This document shows positions 39,405-50,729 of a stretch of 64,000 nt of DNA, piece by piece. Within the stretch, counting starts at the first letter, position 1; each line of letters opens with the position of its first letter. The notes below the pieces were generated by a model that did no database searches, was not told where the DNA came from, and worked only from the letters and a program-made list of their open reading frames with translations. Made by a program: the position numbers and the translations under genes. Source of the DNA: Utricularia gibba (Eukaryota > Plantae > Magnoliophyta); the NCBI GenBank assembly GCA_002189035.1, contig CM007992.1:3286001-3350000 (forward strand). The letters are read 5' to 3'.

Positions 39405-39410
39405 CACGTG
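39405..39410. promoter_or_regulatory. G-box CACGTG about 65 nt upstream of the CYP76 copy 2 ATG
   Basis: Perfect CACGTG inside a promoter block (GGGTTGCTCGCA..TGACC) conserved with copy 3. Confidence 0.4.
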
Positions 39411-40956
39411 ACCCTCAAAATTGGTCAGCAGTGCAAATCAATGTTCAAGAAGCCAACCAATGATCACCTTAATCATACCTTTATTTTTTAACAGAAAAAA
39501 TGACATAAAATTACAAACATTAGCAATAGTGTACAAAAAAAACACATCCTAATCTTTCATATAGTAGGTTTCAATGTGGTACATTCTACTTCTATAAAAA
39601 AAATTATCATACAAGATTAGAATAATTAATCTATTTAAACATGTTTTGCCATCGTAGCTCCTAACATTACACTCAAAATCTTTGGTCCAAACGGATTCTT
39701 TTACAAACCTCAGAGTTGACTTTACCCAAATCGCATATGTAAAAAAAAACACAAGAGAATAGATGATAAAAAAAGAAGATGTATATAGGTTGAAAAAAAT
39801 GTTAATTTGATAAAATCACATGATGGAAATAAATAAGGTAAGGGAGGTGGCTATTTTATATAAACTCACCCACGATGGTTTATAAAATCTGTGTATAAAC
39901 TGTGAATATATAAAACTACAAACCAAACACAGTGATATCTAATAACTATTAATTAATCTCCCATTATAACTACAACTAAACACTGACTCAATGTCTTATT
40001 TAAGTGCCCTCTTGTTACATCATTAGTAGGCATCCAGGTGTAGCTTTGATATTAAATATCAATATTTATGTTTTAATTTCATGATATTATCTATTTCATA
40101 TACACACAACTCTCAAAATAAAACATGATAATACCACTCACCAAACATAAGGTAAAGTGCAAGAGTAGAGGCGAATAGAGTATATGCCTCCATACCACTT
40201 TTTAGGATTTTTGTATTAACAAATGAAAACATAAAACAGCGAAAAATAATATTGAAAATGATAAATACATGTATTGTACAATTAAAAAAAAATATCCATG
40301 CAACGCCGTGGGGCCCAAAAACATTTACCATTACAGAATGTTTGCCACGTGGACTGCTCCAACCGACAGTGCTATTCAAGATATCATTATCCACTTCAAA
40401 AAAAAAATATCATTGTTATGGGTGGTGGGCCCGTGGCCGGAGCCACGTCGATGTCATCTCCTTTTTTGTGGTTCATTGAGTACACATCTGGTCTGAATCG
40501 TGGTTGGATGTCCCTCTCAAAATATGTATATAGAATAAATTTTTAATGATTGAAACCGTAATTATAATATAATAATTGTATCGATTTTGTGATTGTAGTA
40601 TTTAAACTATGATGGTTAATTTTAGTAAAATATATGAAAAAACATTATTAGTAAAACTTGGATGTTCAAAACGGAAAGTATTTTTTGTTTTCTGAAAAAA
40701 ATCAATTGAATAGACAAGAATTGCATGAATGCGGCGAGCGAGCGAGTTTCTATAGTTGGACGATGGTGAAAAGATCGTAATTTCGATGTGATCTATTAAT
40801 GGTGGCTTGGATAATATCATATCAATACTTGAAAAAAAAATCAATTATATAAAAAATTATAAATCATAAATAATCTGATTAGTTTGCAACACCACTAAGA
40901 GGGATTGTTGCTGCTATTCAGGGGACATCGGAGGAGTTCCAAAATCGATGTTACAG

Positions 40957-41442
40957 ATGCCTTTTCCTGAGCAATTGGGGCTAGTTGTTTCTGGGCATTG
41001 ATTTTATGAGGTTTTGAGAAGTTATTGCTTAGGGGCTCAGAATGGCGTCCGGCAAGGTGCTGAGGAAGCAGCAGCTTCTGGAAGCCGGAAAGACAAAGGT
41101 TTCATCTGATTAACTAATCTGCGTTATATACTACATTGATGAGTATTGTTATTGTATCCTTGCTTGTACTCAATCAACATTACCACACAGAAGAGTTTCC
41201 CAGAAAGAAACCTGTGGACAAAGAGGTTGCTTCAATCTTCTGATGTCATTGAAAATGAAAAACAAGAATCTGAATTTCCTGTCTTATTTCCATTGATAAT
41301 CGCTTGTATACTCATTCACCTGTTACTGAAGGAGGAGCTGAGAGACTTGAAAGAGGGAGGCATATGCTAATGTTCAGTTGGAATGTGCAGCTGATGGAAG
41401 TGCAATGCTCTTGCCTTCTGAAGTCATTTAGCTGGAAGAGAA
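40957..41442 (+). pseudogene. BLISTER (BLI)-like gene remnant 1, internally deleted, introns retained
   Basis: ATG 41042 reads MASGKVLRKQQLLEAGKTK|GT. The next exon fragment reads EEFPRKKP..SDVIENEKQESE, then 41332-41442 reads AYANVQLECAADGSAMLLPSEVI*LEEK|GT. These match the recalled BLI N-terminus (MAS..RKQEHLEAGKRRLEEFRKKK) and coiled-coil segment (EYANAQLECNAADER..LASEVI.LEEK). In-frame TAG at 41428. Confidence 0.8.
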
Positions 41443-41505
41443 GGTAGTCAATCTAACTTGATGGATTGCTTTGTCCATGTTTTTTGAGAATTGGAAAATT
41501 CATCT

Positions 41506-43117
41506 TTAGAATAGCAAGCAAGCCAAATAATTCATGCAGAAGAATGATTTTTTTTTTGTTGGCATAAGCTCAGGCCAGTCCATGGCGGATGATGTGCAGG
41601 AAACTGGAAGCGCCCAAAGGGGCTGTGCCTTATGCAGGGTGAACCCAAATTTCTCCTCCATGTTCATGTCTTCTTCGAGCTTCCAGTCAAAGGAATTCAG
41701 AAGGGAGCCTAACATCACCGGCACCATCCTAGTCGCCAATGGCTGCCCGGGGCAAGATCGCCGTCCGGCGCCGAAAGGGATCAGCTGGAAATCATGACCG
41801 GTTTCCGATTCGAGGAACCGCTCCGGTTTGAACTCTTCCGGATCTGGCCATTTGCTGGGGTCTCTTCCGATGGCCCAAATGTTGATCAAAACGTTCGCGT
41901 TTTTGGGTACCGTGTAGCCGAAGACTTGCTCGTCCTTGTCCACACTCCGGTGGATTATCGGTGCCGGTGGGTGAACCCGAAGCGTTTCCTTGATGATGGA
42001 CCGGAGATAGGGAAGGCTCGCGATGTCCGATTCTTTGACGATATTGCCCTTTCCGATCACCTTCTCGAGCTCCGCTTTGACTTTAGACATCCTCTCGGGG
42101 CTCCTGAGTATCTCCGCCATCGCCCATTCTATCGTGGTTGACGTTGTGTCGGTTCCAGCGATGAAAAGATCCTACGAGAACATGCAAAGTCTTCAGTAAA
42201 CAGTTTACTGCAACATCAGGGCGGAATTTTACCATGCACAGATGCAGGATGTGATTCATGTTGAGTTCTTGAGGACTTTCTCTGCTCATCGTGAGGAGAC
42301 TGTCGATCACATCCTCCCTGCGAATGGTCTCTGGATTGCTGTTTTGCTCCAATCTTTCATCAATCTGCTCTCTGAAATAATTCATGAGCTTCAGGTTACA
42401 GTCAGTCAGGCGACGTCTGATGCCCTGTGGATCAATCTTTTCCAGAAAAGGAAGGAAATCGACCAGGTTGGGTTTTCCAAACTCCTCCGTGATTTGCACC
42501 ACCACTTCCCTGAATTCCTTGGCGGAATCAGTGAAGGGGTCCGTCAGATTCTTGGAAAAGATGGTGTTGGAGAGGAGATTCAGGACCGTCCTGAACGCAG
42601 CTCGACCCACATTCACAGGGACGCCGCTCTGGCAACATGTCCGGCAGTAAGTGATCAGCTCCTCCACATTCTTCTCCTGGAGATGCTGGTTAGCTCCGAT
42701 GCGGTTACCGGAGAAGAAATTCAAATGGAGCAGCTTGCGTAGACACTTCCACTGCGGCCCCACCGGGAGCCAACCTACAGAGTATTTGTAATGATCGAGG
42801 GGTGTGACAGCGTCCGGTATCGGGCGGTTAGAGAACTGAAGGTCCTGCTTCTGCATCACTTCCTTGGCGGCCGCCGGGGAGGACAAGACTACCACATCGG
42901 TGAAGCCCAGCCGCAAGTACATCACCGGGCCGTGAGCCTCCGCCAGCCGAGCCAGCGACCGGTTCGGGTGCTGTCCCAGGAGATGGATGTTTCCGATGAA
43001 GGGTAGCGGCTTTGGACCCGGAGAGAGCCTTCTTTTGACCCGTTTCGGAAAGGCTTTCACGGCCCGGATCAATACGAAAGCGATGAGGAAGCCGATGACC
43101 GCCGTGACGAAGTCCAT
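41506..43117 (-). CDS. Cytochrome P450, CYP76 family, copy 3 (most divergent), intact
   Basis: Exon 1 43117-42233 (885 nt), 61-nt intron, exon 2 42171-41506. Motifs DLFIAGTDTTST, ETLR, PERF and FGAGRRSCPG. Confidence 0.93.
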
Positions 43118-44690
43118 CTCTGCCGGGGAGAAGGATCCTCATCTCCCTTTAAGCTTGAGACAAGAGGGTTGCTCGCATGTGACCATAAAAAATACATGCC
43201 TTTTTTTTAATGAATATTAAAACTGATATTATTACAAAAAAAAAATCTAGTTTTATTAAGTTAGACAACGAAACATCGATACCATACTTTTTTTCTCAAA
43301 GAAGAATGTAAAACTACAAAAATTAGATATTTAACTTTAGGTTATATAAGTACAAGTGCGTGTATTCATCGATCGACCAATTTAGATATGCCAATTCGTC
43401 ATTTTAAAAATTACAGATTAATTAATAGTTTCAATTTTAAAAAATTAAATTATTTTAAAACTTTAAAATGATTCTCCCTTCAACCCGTGGGGCCCAAAAA
43501 CTTGTTTGGTTAGAGGATGAATGCAGACTAATCAAGATATGATTGAGGGGTGGTGACTGGTGGGCTTCTCTCCTTTAGATCTTCATTGAGTTCATGTCAG
43601 TCGTGGATCATGGTTGGATTTGCCCTATCAACGGACACACCAGTGGGTCCCGTTGTTGCTCGTATTAGTTGTATCGAAATTAAAAATTAAAAATTTGATG
43701 TGTTTTACTATTAGGTGTAAAATCCAAATATACAAAAAGCAAGAATTTCATTAAAAAAGGTTAGTCTTAATCAATTATTTTAGTATGAATTTATTTTATT
43801 TTTTAAAAAAACATGTATTCCTTCATGATTTCATCAAAATTGAACATAATTTTGAAAAAAAATTAACTTATTAGTGAAAAATACCATAATTTTGTTTTCA
43901 AGAAATTCATTATTCATATACATAATGTTATAAATCGAATACCAAAATGAAAATGATCAAAAATTAATACACGTATGCATGCTATGCTAAAAAATTTCTC
44001 AATTATCGAGGATTCAAGACGGCCATCAAGAAAATGATATCGATCTTAAGAAATCAATCAAACACGTTGAATATATAAATGTCTAATCTTAATGCACTTG
44101 AATCAAAAAATATGGGCTCGGCCCGCCCACATGGGAGAGTCTTTTGGAATTAGATTTGCACCCACCCCTTATATGCGTATACTTTTAGGATTCGAAGTTA
44201 CTCTAAAAATCCAATTTAATTTAACAAATTAGATATTACACACACGAAGTCCAACTTATTATCAAGTCAATCAAGGTTTATGAACTGTTCATATAAACTA
44301 GTTGAAATGAGTTTCAATTAGCAATGATTCCATACATCTTATCTAATACCATATTTCCAAAACATAATTATTAAAAAAATTCTCAACCATTGATTGAGAT
44401 CTGGACTCACCCTTGGGAGCCGACCAACTTGTACGTAGACCCGGATATGATGAAAGCATAGAAACCAGGAAAAGAAGGTAACAAAGAAATTTTAGCCAAT
44501 AGGAATGGGATTCACTGTGGGATGCACCGGTTTTTCCTCACGAAGCACTGACGGAATTCCTCCTCACTACTCGTGTTCCTGTAGTCACTCCCCCTGCTGC
44601 TTTATGATGCCAACACCCCACATTTTCCATTTTCGATAACTGCCACTGAATCTGTAGTGAAACTAATGCAGCCCATGTTTTCCTGTACAG

Positions 44691-45502
44691 GGATATTGAA
44701 TGCCCTGATGTGGGGAGTTGGGGCTCGCTGTTTCTAGTTGAATTTTATGAGGGTTTTGAGAAGGTATTGATCGGGGACTCTGAATGGCGTCGGGCCAGGT
44801 GCTGAGGAAGCAGCATCTTCTGGAAGGTGGAAAGAAAAAGGTCTCATTTGCCTTACCATGTGTCTTATATACTAGCTTGATCACTTTTGTTAGAATATAT
44901 TTGCTTGTACTTGTTGAAATTAATTTTCTGATATGAGATTATTTATTTTAATACACGTACTCAAGTTGAATTGATATTTGATTTGATTAACATTTATTTT
45001 TTTATTATTATAGAAAATACTTAAATCATAATTCAATTTAATTTTATTGTCTGTACTTAATGCATCTTTTTATTTTTTTAATCATAATTCATATCAATAT
45101 AAAGCTCATCTTGATCATCTAAATCATGTTGCAAGGTAAGAGTTATGATACCATTGTGAAATTAAAGATTTAATGGATAGGAAAAATACGTGTAAAGCTC
45201 AAATACATCTTAGAAAAAAATTATATATAATTAATTATTAGTGATTTATAATTTTTATATAATTAAATATTTCATTTTAATTTCCATAATAGTGCTAACT
45301 CAATATTACAAGATAAAAGAGTTTCCTATAAAAAAGATGGGATAAAAAATGTTGCTTCAACAAAGCAACCTCAATCTTTTAATCTCATTGTAGATTACTA
45401 GGGATTCTTCAGTAATCGTTTGTATGCTCATTGATTCACCAGTTTCCGTAGTACATCAAAGCCTTAAAAGAGGCATATGCTAATATTCAACTGGAAGAGA
45501 AG
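44691..45502 (+). pseudogene. BLISTER (BLI)-like gene remnant 2
   Basis: Exon 44691-44840 is homologous to 40957-41098, with both splice sites kept. ATG 44784 reads MASGQVLRKQHLLEGGKKK|GT. After a longer AT-rich intron come GAGTTTCC...GTTGCTTCAACAAAGCAACCT (EF...VASTKQP) and KEAYANIQLEEK|GT ending at 45502. Confidence 0.75.
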
Positions 45503-46334
45503 GTGGTGAAGCATGCAACTCGATGGATTGCTTGCGTAACAACTTTAGAAACTCATGAACTTTTTTCAGCACTTTTATTGTTGTTTTGTATGGATTTTCG
45601 ACATCTACATGGGCTAAATGAGTTGGCTGTCTAGAAGCAACACCTTCATGAGCTCAGATTCATCTTTAGAAGAACAGACCAAGTAAAGGTATGTTTATTT
45701 TCATTTCATTAAAAGTGCTCCAAAAGAAGTGCTTCAAAAGCTGATAAAAGCGAGTATTAAACTGTTTAAAAAAAATTGAAACGTTTAGAAACGTTTCAAT
45801 GCTTCTGTGTTTAAAAAAAAGTAGAAGTTGTTTCTATTTTTAATAAAAATCACTTCAAAATTATTTAATTTAAAATATAAATTGAAATAAACAGACCTTA
45901 AATCATCCATGGAAAGGAATTTTTGTTTCTGGTAGCATCCCACTCCATGAATTTTTGTTTACTTTTTCCTTGAGTCCCTATTAACAACTTTTAGGCACTG
46001 CAATTGAGGTCTAATGAGCTCAAGTCAGTTGGATAACTCTAACCCAGAAGTATATTCTCATCATTAATGTCAATGTAGAGTGAATAATCTTGTTATAATA
46101 TCTTACATTGCTTATGAATAAGAGAATGAATGTGCTTAAACATAAATTTTCTTCTAATCTTATTTTAATTTTTTTTCGAAAATAAAAAACATAAAACTAT
46201 AAAAGTTGGATGTATGAAATAAATAATATCATATAATATAATGATGATTTGTGATATTTGATATTAGAGTTAAATTCAAGTTTATACCAATGATTATGTT
46301 ATTCTATATTGATTATGGTTACTAATGTGAGAGA

Positions 46335-46500
46335 TGGTCTAAACCTAATTCATGTTCCCTATTGGTGGGTGAACAATCCAACAATTGGTGAATTCTGCTT
46401 CACAATGATAGTAAGAGCCGACATCGAACGATCAAAAATCAACGTCGTTATGAACGCTTAGCTGTCACAAGTTAGTTATCCGTGTGGTAACTTTTATGAT
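46335..46500 (-). rRNA. Degenerate, non-functional 25S (LSU) rRNA fragment (3' region)
   Basis: The reverse complement contains AAAAGTTACCAC..GGATAACT..CTTGTG.CAGC.AAGCGTTCATA.CGACGTTG.TTTTTGATC.TTCGATGTCGGCTCTT.CTATCATTGTGAAGCAGAATTCACCAA.TGTTGGATTGTTCACCCACCAATAGGGAAC, a recognisable conserved LSU rRNA segment. Isolated, about 165 bp, many G>A/C>T changes. Confidence 0.88.
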
Positions 46501-47095
46501 ATATTTAAACAGAAATAATTTTTTAATTTTATATGAAATATTTTCTTCAAAATCATATAACCAAAATGATAAATATTAAATATCAGAAACTTACAATATC
46601 ATACACGATCATAATGGGTCAAATTCATCCCTTCATTTACAACGTGTGCTTTTCATTATAACAGCATATCGTGGCGCAAAGCTATGCTGTTGTTGTGCTG
46701 TTATATTAGCATGTCGAATTCGTCTTCTTTTTAGAATGAAGTTCTGTATGTTTTATGCAAGAAGAAAGTTTAATGGCTAGAAAAAGATCAGGAAGCTCTT
46801 GTTGTTTTCCGTAGGAGGGCCCAGCTGATCCCTCTTGTGCAGAAAATAAGCTTTTCTCCGGAGGACCGTCAAGGTGGCGGCGGTCGCCATGATCCTTCCG
46901 TCTGATTAAGTGGTGGAGTCCATTTTCAGAGTGGGAAAAGGGCGTTCATTCTTTATCTTTTTCTTTGTGTGGGTGGTGGTGATTCGGACAGCATTAAACA
47001 GAAACTGACGGATCTTTGTTCAACGATGACGGCGCACTCAGGCGCAGCCGTCAACGGTAGAAACGAAACTAGGAACTGATATTGAAAATTGTACA

Positions 47096-48583
47096 TCAGG
47101 CGGCGGAGTTGGAAATTTTCCTCAACTGTAGGCTTCCGTGTTTGGATGAATCTTCGTCATCATAGGCATATGCGAATCCTCCATGGCGGGTCAAGTCCAT
47201 TCCGGCGAGTTCGTCTTCTTCGGAGATTCTCAGGAGGTTCATCCGCCGGAGGAACCAGAAGAGGGGGCCCATTGTGATGCTGACCCACGCCACGATCGCT
47301 AAAATCTGAATCAAATGGGCAGCGAGTAAGCGTCCGCCGCCGCCCATGAGCAAGCCGTACGATCCATCCGGCCGATCGGGGTAGACCTCGTTGACGTAGC
47401 GTTTGGTGGCGAATAGGGCGGTGAATATTATTCCCCACGCGCCGCAACCGCCGTGGAGCTGCGCTGCTTCCAGGGGATCGTCGTACTTCAGGACCTCGGC
47501 GAGTTTATTGCAACCGATTAGGACTATGGCGGCCACGAAGCCGCAGATGATCGCTGCCCAGGGATCGACGACGGAGCAGCCGGAAGTGATGGCGGCGAAG
47601 CCGCCCAGAAGTCCGTTGCAGACATCGGTGACGTTCCAGTGCCCCGATAGGAGTCTCTTGCCGAAGAGGGTTGTTAACGCAGCGGTGCATCCGGCGAGAG
47701 TGGTAGTCACCGCAGTGCGACCCACCGCCGACCATTGGCCATAATAGTTCCCGCTGTCGTACTCGATGAGAATCCTATTGAAGGAACCAGGGTTGAAACC
47801 GTACCACCCGAACCAGAGGAGAAAGGTACCCAAAACGACGAGCGAAGCGCTGTGTCCACGCAGAGTCACCGCTCTGCCGGCATGGTCAAACCGGCCGATT
47901 CTCGGACCTTCAATCATAGCGCCGTAAAATCCGGCGATTCCACCGACCATATGAACAACACCAGAACCTGCAAAATCGATGACGCCGGAGCCAAACAGCA
48001 GATTAGAGGTGTTGGAGGCGCTAGCCCAACCATCAGACGACCAAAACCAGTGAGAAACAACAGGGTAAACAAATCCAGTGAGGAAGGAGGAGTAAATCAA
48101 ATAAGCCCCAAACTGAGTTCTCTCCGCAATAGAACCACTGGTAATCCCAGCGGCGGCGATTGCAAACGCCCACTGGTAAAGAAAATTACTGTAGTCGAAT
48201 GACTCAGAGGGGATCTCATTGAGACCAAAAAAGTGCCTCCCGATGAATCCATTCGACGGCCCACCGAAGGCGAACGCGAAACCAAAAAGGTAATAAAAAA
48301 GACCGCCGGCGGCTGCGTCAAGAACGTTCGTAAGCATGATATTCATAGTATTCTTAGCGCGAACGGATCCAGCACAGAGCATCGCGAAGCCTAATTGCAT
48401 GGAGAACACAAGATAGGCGGAGAATAGAAGGTAGGTGGAGTCGATGGCGTGTCCCGCGTCCGTAAACCTGTCGGACACGGTTGAGAAGAGTCCGCAGATG
48501 AACTCCGCCGCACCTTGGGCGTCAGTGGTGTTAGACCCAAAGAGCGGCGCGAGCTGCTCCGGCAAACAAGTCAGAGACGCCAT
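47096..48583 (-). CDS. AMT1: High-affinity ammonium transporter AMT1 family (AMT1;1-like), intronless
   Basis: 495-aa ORF with [69 protein letters not shown], and the regulatory tail [12 protein letters not shown] with the phosphorylatable Thr. Confidence 0.96.
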   Translation of the reverse strand: MASLTCLPEQLAPLFGSNTTDAQGAAEFICGLFSTVSDRFTDAGHAIDSTYLLFSAYLVFSMQLGFAMLCAGSVRAKNTMNIMLTNVLDAAAGGLFYYLFGFAFAFGGPSNGFIGRHFFGLNEIPSESFDYSNFLYQWAFAIAAAGITSGSIAERTQFGAYLIYSSFLTGFVYPVVSHWFWSSDGWASASNTSNLLFGSGVIDFAGSGVVHMVGGIAGFYGAMIEGPRIGRFDHAGRAVTLRGHSASLVVLGTFLLWFGWYGFNPGSFNRILIEYDSGNYYGQWSAVGRTAVTTTLAGCTAALTTLFGKRLLSGHWNVTDVCNGLLGGFAAITSGCSVVDPWAAIICGFVAAIVLIGCNKLAEVLKYDDPLEAAQLHGGCGAWGIIFTALFATKRYVNEVYPDRPDGSYGLLMGGGGRLLAAHLIQILAIVAWVSITMGPLFWFLRRMNLLRISEEDELAGMDLTRHGGFAYAYDDEDSSKHGSLQLRKISNSAA

Positions 48584-50729
48584 ACCTGGCCGGAGAGACG
48601 GAGAGTCGATTCAAGTGACGGAGAATGCGCAGCGCAAATTCCGATTATAACGCAACTTCCAGCTTTGACTTTTCTCTCCAAATCCCCCGGTATTTGTGGA
48701 CATGAAGAAATGGTTGATTTAATTAATTTTTTATTTCAGTGATTCTGATTGGTCCAGGTCAGATGAGGCGATTATTATCCTCAAATATTTAATAAAATAT
48801 AAATATAAATATATCATTCAATACAACACAAATATTTATTATTTTTCAAAATAAAAATATCAAATTTCCATTCCAAAAAAACATATCCTAAATGATTTAT
48901 TTCGATCATGCTAATTTTTCTAACAAAATCTTTTTCCAATAATATATATTTTTATTCTCCATTTTAATCCATTTATTGAAATAACTTCTTTCATTTGATT
49001 CAAACTATTATTTATGTATTAATATAAAATAATTTCTCATTTTATGATTTATTTTTAAAATTACATAGCATTAATTCATTTTACTTTTTTTATTTCTCAT
49101 TTTCATTTTCTGAAAATTTATTATAAACAAATACGTGTACGGAATATGCTTACTCGATTGGGTAGCCATCGTTGGACCAAATTAGTCTTATTCTAAATAA
49201 ATACAAAATCAGGAAGTTCAATTTGAATTTTGATTTGATGGGCTAACTTATGACTAAACCCTACAACTAAACATAATGAAGAAATGACCACAATCCATTC
49301 TCCGTATTAAAATTAAGTAACAAGTCAGTCAACCGGAATTATCGACTCTTCTTATATAATATTGTACGTTTTAATTACGTTCTCTCTTTCTAAAAAAAAA
49401 TTGGATTAGAAGACTTTTTATATAAATATTTTGTATATTTTATGACTTTTATATTAAATACTTATAATCTCATTAATAAAGATATGTTTAATATAAAAAA
49501 AATCATATAACTAGTATCCTCATGAAATTTTGTAATGCATCACCAAAATTAAATATTTATATCAATTTAGGTGTGAAAATTAAATATCTGTATAAAAATA
49601 ATCGTGTTATTATTGGGGCTCATTCCTTATTTATATAGGAGAGGCTTGAAATACTTGTTTTGAAATATTTAGTGCTAATGCCCATTAAATAAATTAATCA
49701 TTAATTAAACTAGTGTATTAAATATAAAAGACTTCATTGTTTCGGGTGACGAGGATGATAGCCATTAAAAGAACAGCTATCAAATATTTCATGTTTGTTT
49801 AGGATGAATACTTTTTGTTTCTAAAATAATATTTTATAAATAATTTTATCATATGAATGCTATTTAATAAAAATTAAAAAAATGGAAAAGTTTATTAATT
49901 TTGTAAAACTGCTGACCTCCTTTTTATAACAAATGACAGTTAATTTTACACGATATTGCTCGATATTATACGCTTAAATACTCAATTCTTACGATTTTAG
50001 CCTAATCTAATATTTTCAAGGAATGGACACCCGAGATAGATAGAATGCGGATTGGGTGGTTTACATCATTTGGGATCAATTTTATTGCAATAAATGCATC
50101 ATATAAAGAAAATGAGATTTTATATGAATTTTATTGTTATACATATTGAATGTGAAAAAAAAGAACCAGACAAAGTGGGATTAAAAACCTAATACCGAGG
50201 TAAGGTCTGCTTTTCCAAATATATGTTGTCGGCAGCGCATGAAGAAGCTGCGATATGGGAATGGAATCATCTTGCGTTTGTGGTTAATGCCGTGTGTCGG
50301 CGTGAGCTGTCATTTACCTCAGTAATGGTGAGCTCTTATCGGTGCCGTTGATTGGGTGCATTACTCGATGTTGAAGGCCCTTTCTTGACGGGAGGGTGTT
50401 CGATGAAATTACCCAGTGGATCCTCGAAGATCACGAGGATCGGGAGAAAGGAGGAGATGGGTTTTGGGGCTGTGTTGGATGATGGGCGAAGACTTGTGGG
50501 TCTTGGGTTTTCGTTTGTTGCAATCAATTATGAAAAATCAGTATTTTGATTGATTATTCAGCAGAAAACGACAACTCGTCCCTTCCAGAAGGCTTCGTGG
50601 CTTCGAGATATTCTTCCATCTTGAAACTTCTGGGTTCGTAACTCTGTAGTGTCTCTCATTTATGTGAAGCCGATGCTTGGGTCAAGCGATTCGCAGAGCG
50701 TTGCTCTCTGAACTGGGTTTGCTTCACTA

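Noticed and set aside
25171-43117. Possible biosynthetic gene cluster (CYP76 x3 + aldo-keto reductase KAB1 + GH31 + dehydrogenase)
   Set aside because: No scaffold-forming enzyme (terpene synthase, PKS, OSC) is in the window. KAB1, HIBADH and GH31 look like conserved housekeeping orthologs, so this is a tandem array rather than a cluster.
34608-43220. Repeated + strand ORFs (up to 211 aa) over the P450 array
   Set aside because: These are antisense shadows of the GC-rich CYP76 coding sequence and recur only because the P450s are duplicated.
44399-44805. Spliced small ORF ...DIECPDVGSWGSLFLVEFYEGFEKVLIGDSEWRRARC*
   Set aside because: The homologous frame is broken by stops and indels in the 40957 copy. 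The frame conserved in both copies is the overlapping BLI-like MASG.VLRKQ frame.
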